From positions 30,196,001 to 30,260,000 of the forward strand of contig NW_024704742.1 in assembly GCF_018977255.1 (NCBI RefSeq): DNA of 64,000 nucleotides, given 5' to 3'. Below the pieces are notes generated by a model, which saw only the letters and a program-made list of their open reading frames with translations, did not search any database and had not been told where the DNA came from. The translations under genes and the position numbers were made by a program. Below, piece by piece: positions 13,773-27,314 of this stretch. Each line of letters opens with the position of its first letter. Position 1 is the first letter of the stretch. The stretch comes from Callorhinchus milii (Eukaryota).

Positions 13773-16396
13773 CAGACATATAGTTTCATATTAGAGTTTG
13801 AGATCCAATCACATGTTTCAAACTATAAAAATGGGAAAAACACTATTCAATTTAGAATTCCAGTGTGTATGGTTTAAATTGAAGATGTGTTGATGCCCAA
13901 ACAGCTAGCGTATCCATAATTAATAGTATGTTGTCACACTAATGTTAATTACACCAACTTTAATACAGGACAGCAAGAACGAAAATTACAAAGTAAAGGA
14001 GTAGATAAGTTGAACTTCTCCCACCAAACTCATAGGTTCCAAACATCTTGTGCATTTTTTTTGTGCATTTGTGCGTTTCGCCCACAAATATACAGTCAAT
14101 TCACTTTACAGTCTATTCTGTGAAGCGCTTTGAGATGTCGAGAAGACGTGAGAAGCGCTATATCAAATGCAAGAATTATTATTATTATTTATCTGTTAAA
14201 ATGCAGTGGAATATTAATAGCATTTGTTAATTAGGGAACTGCATCAAGCAAGAACAGCAGCATGATTGCTTAGTTAGTTGAAAGCAGTCCCACAAATCAT
14301 TTCAGCACAGCCAGCCTCATCAGGTTTTGTTGCTCCAGTGATTGTGTATGTGTTTCAGAAATTACCAGGTCTGTGCCCAGTATTTATAGAACTAATCCTT
14401 AATTAGACCGATGAATTGATTGGCTTGACATTCTGTGCATTGCATGCATGCTTACATTTTTTTATCTATGGGAATTAAGCTAATCTATTATCTACTCCGA
14501 AAGTAATGCATCGTTGAAATCTAGCTGATCAACTTTTTTAAAAAGCAACCTATAAATATGCAGTGCTGTTCACAGAAAAAAGTAACACTCAGCTGCCGCT
14601 GGTCAAAATATAATTTATCATAAAAAGACTAGCCTGCTGTAAAAAAGGTACAACAAATGATAGATACAAATCATTCTTCTTAAATACAAAGGATGCCAGT
14701 GGAGTTCTCCAACAGCACATTCCTACCTGATTAGTTTTCACCAACTCCTTTTGTTCTCCATCTATTTGCCTTTAGCTCCTTCCAACAACATTTATTACAG
14801 CGCCTTTCAAGCTGGGTAGAGTCTCAGAGCACATAACAGTGGCTGGCGGAGATTGACGCCGAGCCAGGGAGAGAGGGGAGGTTACCATAGGCACAGTCAA
14901 TGAGGAAGCTCTTCAGGTGTGATCTCAAAACGGGCCAAAGAGGAGGGATTGAGGCAGAGAATTCCAGTGTTTCGGAGCATAATAGCTGAAGCAAGGCCAC
15001 CGAAAATGGAGCATGGGGGCCGGGGACTGTCAGGAGGCTGGGCAAAGTAAGAAAATTGTTGCATGGTACTTGATCAATAAGGACCATCCAGAGTATTGCA
15101 GGTTTGAACTCAAACGCTCTTTGATGGCCAAAACATAGTGCCTCGGATCAAATTACATCTCCTTGATTCATCGTAGCCACAGGGATACTCTGCTTATCTC
15201 TATTGTTGTTTTTGATGTTGGATCTTTCGATTCTGACCTCCAGCTCGGGTCTGAAACACTGACTGTCCAGCGCCTTGGGACGTCCTCCCGACATGAAAGG
15301 CGCTATACAAATGTAATTTTGTTGTTGTTGGAGGATATTTTATACATGGTACTAATTCTATTAACATTGAAAGAGTGAAGGGCTGAATTAATCTACCGGG
15401 TCTGAATCTGAAACCTTCTGGTTCCAAATCCTTTCCTCATGTGACTGAGCTACTTGGGACCTTCCAACGCCAGAAATGTTCTCAAGGTGAGAAAATCCAA
15501 CACTTGGTACAACAATGGTGACTCCGTCACAATGCTGAATGATTAATTTTGAAAAGATAAAAGTACAGAAGAGGCAAAGTAAAATAAGATGAATTCAACT
15601 TTAAGATTTCTGTTTATGATAGTTTCATTATTTTTGTATCTTCAAAGGCCAGAATCCTGGCAACCGTCACCATCCCTGTGAAACTCTCTGAGACATTAGC
15701 CTATGTGAAGAACGCCATATAAATACTAGTTGTGGTAATATTTTTCTGATGATTTTACCTACATCACATTTCTTTAGAGTGGCGGGCTTACAATTCCATC
15801 ATATAGTCGAACAAATAAGTGAAGCACAATGTTTAAAATATTAAACCACAAGTTACACTTATAATTATGCAATTTAACTTTCAAAAAAGGTCACATTCTG
15901 CAAGTTTAATAAATTGACTTCCAAGATACTTCATTGCAAGTAGTAACTTCTAAATTTTGGAATATCATAACATTTCAACACAATAAGTTAAATTAAGAAT
16001 ATTAAAGTTACAAATGCCAGTCAATAATAGGCATTAATCAGGGTGATTAATTTTTTAAAATTTAAATTAGTATTTGCATTTGATATAGTGCCTTAGGATG
16101 CCTAACCAGCTAAAACAGGAACAGGAAATGTTGCTGGTAGTGAAATAGATTGCTTTATCACAACAGTGCTTATTATTTCTACACTAGCTTTCAACTAGCC
16201 TTCACTCTTGTAATTCTGCTTTGAATTTCTTAAGGTTTACACTTAGTTGTATGGTTTGCTGACACAAGGACTGATCAAGTACAAACTGTTTTTTGACCAC
16301 TGAAAAGCACCAACATCCAGTAAACAAAGCACCCAGCAGTCTTGGACTTCCTCACATAAACGTAAAACAATGGTACTTGAGTTTTCTATAGATTTA

Positions 16397-16765
16397 TGGA
16401 GTTCCTGTAGCTCAGCAGTTGGAGCACTCATGTCGCAAGTGAGAGACCTAGGTTTGATTCCTGGCAGGGTGAAACGTTGGGCAAGTTTCCAACACGCTTC
16501 TGTTTACCTAGCAGTAAGTAGGAACCCAGTTGTTAGTCAATCGGTCGATCGCTTTTCCAGGGGTAATAGTTATTTAAAAATAAATAAAAAAGAGCTTGGT
16601 CACTCAATCCACGACTGTTTGCGGAACACTACTGTGCGCAATTGGCTGCAGCGTTTTGCCCACAAAATATACAGTCAATTCACTTCACAGTATATTCTGT
16701 GAAGCACTTTGACACGTCTCGAAGACGTGATAAGGCTCTATATCAAATGCGAGGATTATTATTAT
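16397..16765 (+). mobile_element. tRNA-derived SINE, long form
   Basis: Collinear with 6345-6716. Confidence 0.92.
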
Positions 16766-18744
16766 TTAATAGTTTTTTTAAAATACTGATGCAAACTCCA
16801 ACCTTAAAGCATCTTCTTTATGTTATGAAATGCCAAGAACAACACATCATATACAAACCTTTGGTATCATATTACATCTCTGTCCCCTCTCTGTGGCCTT
16901 GATATCCTTCCAAAACTGGATAGATATTCTGTAGTCTAACTAACAATTTATAAGTCAAACATTATTTTTTTTTAAAAAAGCCGGGTGTCTGACACATGTG
17001 GAAACCCATCACCATGCTTAACAATATCCAAACCAGACAGAGTTCCACATATGCCACCTACATTTTGAAATTTCCCTCAGTCTGGAATAAAATGCACACT
17101 CACCCCTGGAGAGACACACCCTAGTTACTTAATTTAGGAGATTATTAGATGTAGGTTGGCAAGAGCCAAGACTCATGGATCCCAGAATGTGTTTTGGGGT
17201 ACCACTGAAGTTGAATCCCATTAGTTTTCTTCAGATTTGTTCACCTGCCTTCCCACCTTAAAATAATTATCTGTTAACTTTCTCTGCTTTTCTGCTCCTT
17301 TTAAAATGTTATCATTTAGCACATACTTGCTCTCCTTATTCTTTCAATGGCGAACAATGTGATATACAATGGATAATGCCACACTTTCCAGCATAACATT
17401 TTAACTATATTTTTCTGCAAAATCTATTAGTCTTTGTCCCCCTGGTTTATGCTTACAATCTTCTTATTAGATACATTCAGGAGGGTTGCTTTTCTATTTC
17501 CATGCAGAACTATATTTAGGAGGATTGGGTATGTATAGAAGGCAGCAAATCCAATCATCTGCAATATTTTAGCCCTCCACCTGCATTAACAGCATGATCC
17601 AAAACCTTTTCTATCTTTACACATCTTTATATTCACTTAAACTTTCAAACAAGTATTGTATCAGATGTCATTGCTTTAAACAGGTTATGCTGTTGAGAAC
17701 CCAATATGACTTTTCTAGGTTTTATATAAAATCAACATTTGGCTTGAGTTCTGCTGAACACAAGCACCTGCAGTACTGAGACAAAAAACAAGCAGCCATA
17801 GTTTCCTGAAAGAACTACGGAAATGAAAAATCTTTTCTTAAGCCTCAGTGGAAAATTTTGCTGAAAGGCTCTTTTAAGACCACGTTAAGTAGACTTGCCA
17901 TTTTTTTTAACTTGACCCTATGAGGAATGTCATAGAATCAGTCCAATAACTGACAGCTGGGAGCACATGATATGGAGCAGGGAACAAGTTCCTAATTATA
18001 CTCAGATGAGGTCCACTTAACTCCATCGTCAATCTTTTCATGGAATGAATACGATACCCTTTAGGAACTAGAAATTGTGCAGACTCATAAAAAAGCTTTC
18101 TTCTGATACTCACTTTGCCGGTTGGAAACTAGTCTATGAATTTTTCAACGTGACAAGAAGTATTTTAATCAGTTTCAATATTACCCACACCTATTTCCAC
18201 TGTTGCCCTCAGCCTCTTCTTTTCACCACTTAAACTTGATTTTCATTCCAATTTCGCACATATAAATGCACCAAAGTGTAAAGGCAGTAAAACTCTTCTA
18301 TCTTAATAGCTGGCTTAATCCAAGCTTCAGAAAACCACTCAGTACAGTATAATAAAGCAATGTTTGATATTATCAAAAAACGTGAGTGGACCTCACTGGG
18401 AAATAAAATAATTAAATGAACCTAAGCTTTTGCCCAAAAAACAAGACTATATTGGTTGCCGAGGCTATAGCAATACCTGTGTTCATTTTGTTCTGAAGTT
18501 TTGGATGTTGCCTGCACAAAAGCTTTGAGGATTCATGCAGGAGGCATGGAAGTTGTAAGGAAACAAACAGGCAAAGTAGCGATTGACATCAGTGAAATCA
18601 ATGCCATAATGAGGGAGATTAGAAACAGAAATAAATCAACCCAAGGACTGGTGTATGAAATCAAACGTTTAACATCGGCCAAAACAATGAGGCTTTGGTA
18701 CAGTCATCTAGCTGTATTACTTATTTAGTTACATGACTTAGGTG

Positions 18745-19050
18745 TGAGCCTGGGTCAGATGGTAGCACTTTCATCTCTTGTGTTAGGATATTGTGGGCTC
18801 AAGCCACATTTTGGAATTGTGAGCTCATCATCGAGGCTGGAAAGTTCATGTGGACACTTGCGTGGGCGTTAAAGCGCCCATAACACTATTCAAAAAGAGA
18901 AGACTTTCTCCTGGACAACAAATCCCCAGATAAAAAATGTGGTCAATGACTTAATGCCTGTTTGCGGGATATTGCTGTTTGCAAATTGGCTGCCTTGTAC
19001 ACCCACAAGTACAGTCACTTTAAAGTAAATCATGTGAAGCTTTTTGAGAT
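18745..19050 (+). mobile_element. Old SINE with Deu-type head and tail
   Basis: gagcctgggtcagatggtagcactttcatctc...attgctgtttgcaaattggctgcc...tgtgaagctttttgagatg. Confidence 0.6.
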
Positions 19051-19984
19051 GTTGACAAGATATCAAACCACACGTTGGAATTGTGAGCTCATAATCTGGG
19101 CAGCGGGGGTGGGGGTTCAAGTAAAAGTTTGTGTGGCTGTTAAAGATCCCTTAGCGCTATTTTGAAAAGACATTATCAAAATATCAAGTTAAACACTGAA
19201 AGAGTTAGCTCATAATCTGGGCTGGGGAGTTCATGTAGACGTTTGCATAAGTGTTAAGCATCCCATAGCACTATTCGAAAAAAGATAGGAGCCAGGTTAT
19301 GAGCTCATAATTCCAACGTGTCGCTTGATATCTTGTCAACGTCTTTTCAAATAGGAAAGTTACAAAGAAAAAGTTTTATTGAAAGCAAAGACACTTTGTT
19401 GAAAATGAAAACAAATTTCTTTGTGAGGATATTTGGTAACCAGATTTCACAGAATTCAGTCAAAAATAGTCAATTATTTTAGGAGGACCAGATTTCCCAT
19501 GCCCTTGAAAAACAAAACTAACTACAATTAGATATTAAGTCTTCTATTGAGCTTTAAAGGACGGTCATTAAGAAATAAATAAGTTATCCTTGTATATAAG
19601 TCCAAGATTATTTGTTCTTATAAAGAAGCAAGTAATTTTTTGTAATCCTTTTGATAACTCATGGTTCCTCGGGGAAATTTCTTATAGGATTCTTACAACT
19701 AGAAGTGAAAAGAGGCTTCAAACACACCAATATGGGTTGAATTCAATAAGAGGAGAAAGGACTATTGAAACTAAGTCACACCAAGGATGTTTAATTTTTT
19801 TTACAGTGCTAAATGTTTTAAGCATTTCAAGACGATGCAATTTATTTACACTCAATAATTAATGTATTAAACACACTTTTAGCTAATTTGAGCAATTGAC
19901 TGTTTAAAGCACAATTCACTCAATTTTCTAACAAAATTGAGATGCAAAGAATTCAGAATATTTTGCTTCCAAGAATGGCTAAAT

Positions 19985-20800
19985 TGATTGCAGGTGAAAT
20001 TGAATATGGTGAAATGTGAAATGATTCACTTTGGTATAAAGAATGAAGAAGCTGACTGTAAGCTGCATGGTAGGGAACTTAAGAACGGTAGAGAAACAAA
20101 GAGATCTGGGATTCAGATTCACAAGACTCTAAAAGTAGCCGCACAGGTGGACAAGGTCACAAAGAATAGATACAGTCCTTGACTTTATGTTCAGGGGAAT
20201 AGTATGTAAATGTAGGGACGCAAGGCAAAATTTTATAAATATTTATAAATATATAAAATATAACTTAAATTTATATAAAGCCTCACTCAGACCATATTTG
20301 GTTTACTGTGTGCCATTTGGGTTGGCATATTACAGTAAGGTAAGTATTGGAGATCTATAGTTAGATTTACAAGGATATTACCAGGGATGAGTGGATACAG
20401 CTAATGAAAAAGATTGGCCAGGTTGGAGCTTTTCTCTCTAGAGATGAGATAATTGAGAGACGACCTGACAGAGGTGCTTAAGATTATGTAATGATTTGAT
20501 ATAGTGTTCATAATAAGCTGTTTCCATGTGGCAGTGAGTCCAAAACACGGGGGGCGAGGTTACATATAAGATAGCTGGTGAGCATACCAAAAAGGGAGTT
20601 TAAGACGAAAAGGCCTTCACAAACAGAGTGGTGAGAATGTTAACTCATTACTAGAAGCTGTGGTTGAGCAAAATGTCTCAATGTATTTAACAAACGATGC
20701 TTATGTGAAGAAGAGAATAGAGGTTATAGGAGAGATGGAGCCTGTGCTGTGCCAAATGGCCTGATTCCATGCCGTGTATTTCTATGTAATTCTATGTAAT
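19985..20800 (+). mobile_element. CR1-clade LINE 3' fragment
   Basis: QVKLNMVKCEMIHFG...IQIHKTLKVAAQVDKV resembles the CR1 ORF2 C-terminus. The 3' end gccaaatggcctg...(tctatgtaat)2 is CR1-like. Confidence 0.85.
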
Positions 20801-21032
20801 GCTTTTAATTTAATTTTTTTTATATATTAAAACTTGAATGGGTTCCTAGTTGTCAGGCCACACCGAAGGAAAACCATGCATCAGTTAACTTATTAACATC
20901 ACATTTTGTGTGTGGACAAACATAAATGGCAGAACACATTCCAGATTTCTTGCGACGATTAAAGTTTTTCAAAATAAATTCAAATATGCAGTCAGTCATT
21001 CTTCTGAAATCCAAAGCTAAAAATGACTGTAC

Positions 21033-21283
21033 CTGATTCCGGTCTCGAGCGTTTGCATATCTGAACCTCTGGATGTAGTAGAAGACCAACCAGGCCAGCG
21101 AAATGATCATTAACACAATGAACGAGATTGACACAAATACAACTGAGGTTCGGCTGACGTATTTCTGTAAATTACGTGTTCCGATTGTAATGTACATCAT
21201 TATGGTGACATTCTTTTCAAGTAGGCTCATAATCTCTCGCCCTTTCAGCTCAGGAATCATAATGGCGACAATGTCTCCGGTTC
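21033..21283 (-). CDS. RNF150: RNF150 coding exon 2 (end of PA domain and transmembrane helix)
   Basis: Acceptor tttgcag|GA and donor CAG|gtacag. 251 nt, phase-compatible with exon 1 (G|GA = Gly). Encodes [83 protein letters not shown]. Confidence 0.97.
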
Positions 21284-22633
21284 CTGCAAAATACAAAAGA
21301 AGAAACAATGAAACCGGAGTTCAGTGCACCTTAAAGAAATTTCACTTTCTACAAGTAATTTTGAAACTCTTGGTGTAAGGTACTTTTTAAAAAAATGCAG
21401 AATCTTTTCTGATTTAATGATGGCATTGCGAGTATGCAGTACTCCTGGGCATTGTATTGGAGCGTCAGTCTAGATTTTGAGCTCAAATTCTGATGTAGGA
21501 TTCAAAACCATAACATTCTGACCCAGTGGGAGTGGAGAGTTACAGTAGGGTCTTCGTACTCAATTATAATTCTATAGGTAGTGTCTACGAAGTACTTATA
21601 ATACAACAGCTTGCATTTTGTATAGCACCCTTCATTTCATTTAGGATAACATCTCAGAGCACCGTTCCGATGCATTGTTATTGTTATCAACTGTTATTAT
21701 TCCCCATACTACAAACAAAAAACATTGTCACAGCTCTTCTGTGCACATCATAACACATCCAAAAGACAAAGGATTTCACAACCTAATCAAGACATTGCTG
21801 TCGAAGGCGTCAATTTTAATATACAATATAAATTTGTTGCACTAGTATATTGTGCTATTCTCCTACTGGAGAAAATGTTATTACTGTGTAAAACACAAGG
21901 ATTCAAAAGGGATTTGAAGGAGCACAAACAATAGCGTTATGATAGCAAACACTATCCCCATTAATTATACTCCAGACACTCGGTTCAGGTGCGAAGACGG
22001 CTACGAATGCTGTGCTCAGATTCTATATTTATACACAGCAGCCAGACTCTAATCCTGATCCTTGGAAACTGCAACACAGCACTGCAGGATCATTGCTGGC
22101 AACAAAATGAACTGCTGTAATACAGTATGCAGAGGTCATAAGACGTTTATGTAGCTTTTTCCTCCAAACAACTTTTTATGATGTTCCTGACTTCGCTAAG
22201 TGAAAGCAAATAAATTAAAACCATGTCATCCCGTCAATCAAAAACAAAGCAGGAGGAAACCAACACCTGAAAGGTCTCCAAAAGCAGTTCAGTTCCCATT
22301 AAAAAAAAAGCTGAAAAATCTATTTTTCACATTAAGAATGCACTGTAAAAAGATAAACCAATCACAAGAGATGCATAGCAAATCCTCCATGCAAATCCAT
22401 GTCTTCATGCAAACCCCAGCCCGAACAGATCATTCCTTTAGAATCAACAACTACTACATTCATAATCACAACTAACTTTGATAAAGGTCTGTGGCAGTGA
22501 TAGATGCTCTGTTCATCATGCAGACACATCATCCCTCTCACCAAGACACTGGACCCTTAACACCATCCTCACAATCACTGAGCAACTGTCTTCATGTCTT
22601 GAAAACAACTATTTCCCACAAAATATCCAGTTT

Positions 22634-23481
22634 ATACAAAGTCATTTGTCAGCTATTACCTGTGAGACTGAGGTTGAAGACATTCTGGCATGAGATTATT
22701 TTAATATTTCCTTGGGGTGGGGGAGGTAAGTGGGATTTCCTTGGAGCTAAACAAGCTCCAATGTGACATGCTTGACAGCAGAATAGAGTCAATCTTCTGG
22801 TGGTCTCGGTAATCTGGTTCCCGAGCCAGCAAGAGGCGCGGTACTTCAGACGCTGCTGAAAACAGACCAGCCAGGTTGGCTCATCGGTAGGACTTGGGGT
22901 CAAGAATTTCTTCAACTCAGCTTCTGTTGCGAGGAATTTTCAGTGCCTTGGAACATGCTCCCGATGTGAAAGGGACTTACAAATGTAATTTTGTTATTGT
23001 TGTTGTTGGACCTGCAAGCCAAAGCCCTTTGGGTATTGCTAGCTGGAGAAGTAATGGGAACTTGCCAGACACTGCTTTCAACGGGAAGCTATATGTTTTT
23101 TGCTTGTTAAACTCCAGCAGTGCCCCAACTAACATACTTTGGTCCCCGAGGTTGATTCTTGCCAACCTGTGCTTCTTTTTGGAAGTAGGTAACCAGGGGT
23201 GGCCCTCTAGGGAGAATGTGTGCATTCCATTCCAGATAGCGAATTTTCTGGTGTATAGGCAGAATGCATGGAACTTAGTTTGGTTTCAGCATAGGGATGG
23301 GTTTCTGCTTGTGTCAGACACCCGGGTGATCAATTTACTTATCATACCAATTGTAATGTAAGTAAGTATCACTTAATTGTGGTAAAATACAAAGTCACTT
23401 GTCAGCTATTATCTGCAAGACCGATGTTGAAGACATTCTGGCATGAGATTATTTTAATATTTTCTCGGGGTGGGGGAGGTA
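22634..23481 (-). repeat. Unclassified interspersed repeat bracketed by 95-bp direct repeats
   Basis: Direct repeats at 22634-22728 and 23387-23481. The interior matches 16981-17220 (+), 53735-54430 (+) and about 31780-31850 (-). Confidence 0.7.
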
Positions 23482-23498
23482 CAGGTGCAGGACTACAG

Positions 23499-23812
23499 GT
23501 GGGAGTCCTGTAGCTCAGTGGTTAGAGCACTCGCCTTGCAAGTGAGACACCAGGGTTCAATTCCAGGCAGGGCGAAACCTTGAGCAAGTTTCCTTACTCC
23601 ACACGCCTAATAATAATCCCTCCAAAACAACAATAAATTGGTCATTTTTAATCCACGACTGTTTGTGGGACACTGCTGTGCGCAATTGGCTGCTGCGTTT
23701 CGCCCACAAATGTGTGGTCAATTCACTTTGCAGCATATTCTGTGAAGCACTTTGAGACGTCGAAGAGATGTGAAAAACGCTATATCAAATGCAAGGATTA
23801 TTATTATTATTA
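23499..23812 (+). mobile_element. tRNA-derived SINE, short form
   Basis: Same head and tail but lacks the internal gtttacctagcag...gatcgctttt segment. Confidence 0.92.
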
Positions 23813-24609
23813 TAAAATGTAACCCACAACAAAAGTATGAATGAAATATCTGCAAGACATATGCCAGAACGGTGAATATACAAACTTAGACTTGTAAAGG
23901 TAAGCAATAAAAGTAATCCTTGCATTTGATATAGAGCCTTTCACGTCACGAGGATGTCTCATAGCGCTTCACAGGATTTACTGTGAACTGTAGTGACTGT
24001 CTATTTTGAAGGCACCCACGTAGGCAATTTGCATATAGAAATATCCCACAAGAAGCCATTATCACTTGTCCACAAAGTATTTTGCTTCTTCTAAACCACT
24101 GAAATGATTAACAAAACGCATCAAACTCATGTAGACAGCAATTTTCTTCCTCTGATATTTTTGATCTTCAGGAGGCATTAAAGTATATTCAATCCAATGA
24201 GCTTCGAAGGTCTTAGATAGAACTCATAAATTATTTTCAAGAAGGAATGTGCATGACGTAGGAGCATCAATTACTAATTGGGTGAAAGCACAATTTCTTG
24301 AAATCAACTCTTTCCATTTGCAGGTGCTCATCTTGTCCTCCTTTTTCTCTTTCGCTCTCTCTTGGTTTCTCCCCCCACCCCAACCCCCGCCCCCAGAGTA
24401 CAGCTGTTCGTCTCTCATTGATACTCCAGGAAAGATAACTAAAAAGGGGAGGGGAAGCAGGGGAATGGGATGTGTAGAAAACAACAGCATTCCAATCCAT
24501 CATGCAACCTCCTGCAACCATATCAACTCGACCCTTCTCTTCGTTGGCCTACATTATGTCCCCCACCGAATCAGCCCCACCATCACTGGACTAGCTTTCA
24601 GCCATTCTC

Positions 24610-26200
24610 CTCCATTTTCCAGAGCAGCCATGTTTCTCCTCCTCTGCCCACTATTGGCTGATGCCATCAAATCCCTCTCCTCTGGATCAGTCCCTACCCC
24701 CTCAAAACTGCTGTCATCACGCCCCTCCTCAAAAAACCTTCCCTAGATCCCTCAAACCCCAGCCACTACCGCCCCATTTCTAACCTGCCCTTCCTCGCAA
24801 AAGTCCTATAACGCGTTGTTGCCAATCAACTTCGCGCCCACCTCTCTTCCCACTTCCTCTTCGAACCCCTCCAGTCCAGTTTCCGCCCTGCCCGCAGTAC
24901 AGAGACTGCGCTTGTGAAAGTCACAAACGACATCCTCTCTATCTGTGACCAGGGATCCTTCTGCCTCCTTGTCCTCCTGGACCTCTCCGCCGCGTTCCAA
25001 CAGTCGATCACGCCATCCTCCTCCACCGCCTTTCCTTCGTCATCCACCTCAATGGGACCGCACTCGCCTGGTTCGAGTCCTGCATCACGAACCACCAGCA
25101 GTACATCTGCACAAAGGGTTTTTCCTCCCGCTCTCACCCAGTCACCTGCGGGGTACCCCAAGGATCTATCTTTGGTCCCCTCCTCTTTCTGATCTACATG
25201 CTCCCTCTTGGGGATGTCATCTGCAGACATGGGGTACACTTCCACATGCATGCGGATGACACCCAACTATTTTTCCACCTCTCTTTGCGACCCCCAGTCC
25301 CCTGATGTTCTATCTGCCTGCCTGTCAAAACTTCAGGAGCTGGATGAGCACGAATTTCCTTCAGCTGAACATTGACAAGACGGAAGCCATACTCTTTGGC
25401 TCTCATCAATGTCTAAAATCACACGGCTCTCACCTCCTCCACCTACCCGACCTTCCCCTAAAACTCTCCGAAGCAGTATGCAACCTAGGCATCGGGTTCG
25501 ACCCCCAATTATCCTTCCTCCCCCACATCCGGTCCCTCACCAGCATCGCTTTCTTCCACCTCCGACGCATTGCCCGTCTCCGCCAATACCTCACTCCAAA
25601 AGCTGCTGAAACCCTGGTCCATATCTTTGTCACCTCTCGGTTGGACTATTCAAATGCCTTCCTCGCCGGTCTCCCCTCAACTTCCATTCATAAAATCCAG
25701 GTCATACAAAACTCTGCTGCCCGCATTCTTACCCGCACCAAACTCCGCTCCTCTATTACCCCAGTCCTTGCCAGACTGCACTGGCTGCCTGTCCCAGAGA
25801 GGATTGACTTCAAGATCCTCACCCTTGTCTTCAAATCCCTCCAATCCTTTGCACTCCCCCTACCTCTCTGACCTCCTCTCTGCTCACAACAGTGCCCGTT
25901 GCCTTCGCTCCACCTGGTCTGGCCTCCTCCTTGTCCCCCAAGTCCTCCGCTCCACCATCAGCGGCCGTGCCTTCAGTCACTACGCCCCGAGGCTCTGGAA
26001 CTCCCTTCCTCACTGCCTTTGCCTCGCCCCCTCTCTTCCCACTTTCAGGTCTCGGCTGAAGACCTTTCTTTTCGACCGCACCTTTGGTCACCTTCCTCCC
26101 CCTCCCACTGGCTCGGCCCCGGGATCCGTTACAGTAAAACGCTCTGAGACGCCGTCCGGCATGGAGGACGCTGTATAAATCCAAAATTGTTGTTCTTGTT
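24610..26200 (+). mobile_element. L2-clade LINE, 5'-truncated, frameshifted RT and C-terminal ORF2
   Basis: Peptides [35 protein letters not shown] and NFLQLNIDKTEAILFG...TSRLDYSN...LHWLPVPERIDFKIL; (TTG)n tail. Confidence 0.93.
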
Positions 26201-27314
26201 ATTCTGCCCCAGCTCTCTGGAATTCCATCCTAGAGTCCCACCAACTTATTCCACCACTCCCCACTTTTAAAGCTTGCCTAAAGACAAGACAACTCTATGA
26301 CCATCTTTCTCCCCCTCCATATTGCACCATTGGGAGACATAATTAGCAACAAGCATTCTCTGAATATCTGAAGTAATTATGTAAATCCCTAACCAAGTAC
26401 CAAGTGCTCAAAGGGCTTCCGTGAATCCAAATTTGAAGAACCACCTGCCTTTCTGATGGGGTCATGGACTTCTGCAACCTTGAAGCTAAAAGAGCACCAT
26501 TAAATCACTGAATTCTATATCACTAATGATCATAATCAAATGGTTTTCTTAAATTGATTATTTCAAACAAACAGTATATTTAAATATCTGTGAATGTAGA
26601 TAGTTGTACTCCAAATAGATAACTGTAGCAACTGAATGTAGGCAATGGGGCAAACAGCTTATATTGAATTGGAAGGTTACATGCTGTTCAACTCACCTGG
26701 AACGGACAATTTTGTGACCTGAGGAGGAGACTTTCACTTTTGCCGAGAACTGGAAGTCTTTCCATGAACAAGTACTACAGCAATCAGCCATTTAAAAGAG
26801 GCATAACAGATTTTTCTAAAAATTTAAACCTACAGTACTATAATATTCAAGCAACCAATCTCACAATCAGAACAGAATAGAATTTTAATATATTATCTAC
26901 CACTCTGGAAATAATTTTTAGAAGATTATCAGGAAATCTTCTAAGGTTTATTTCAACACCTGGACAGTCTCATTAAGGTTCACCCATAGGATGCAAATAA
27001 TAATAAGTGTGCAGACTATTCCATATCACAGCCTTATAGATGCTCCCTATGGACATTTGTTCAAGATTGGTTCACAAGATAGCTTTATATGAAGGGAATG
27101 TTCTTCTTCTAAGTCCAGAGTGGTGTTCTATTTGTTGGTGCATGCCACCATGCATTTTGCTAATCTTTGTTTAGTGATGGATTTAATGAGAACCAAAATC
27201 TTCAAGGCATATGATAAACATAAAAAGCTAGGACTCTGATGTAATGGAATCAATGGTCCAAGACAGATTTAATAATCCTTGCATTTGATTTAGTGCCTTA
27301 TCATGTCGTTGATG

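Noticed and set aside
1..21000. RNF150 exon 3 onward (RRLGDAAKKAI... and the RING domain)
   Set aside because: Not found by eye or in the ORF track; probably outside the window, although a short exon could be missed.
20853..21032. Continuation of the exon 2 ORF past NQ
   Set aside because: Intron read-through after a canonical GT donor; similarity to RNF150 stops there.
22894..23361. 155-aa ORF within the unclassified repeat
   Set aside because: Runs through an inserted L2 tail, has no ATG start or recognisable motif, and is not evidently preserved in other copies.
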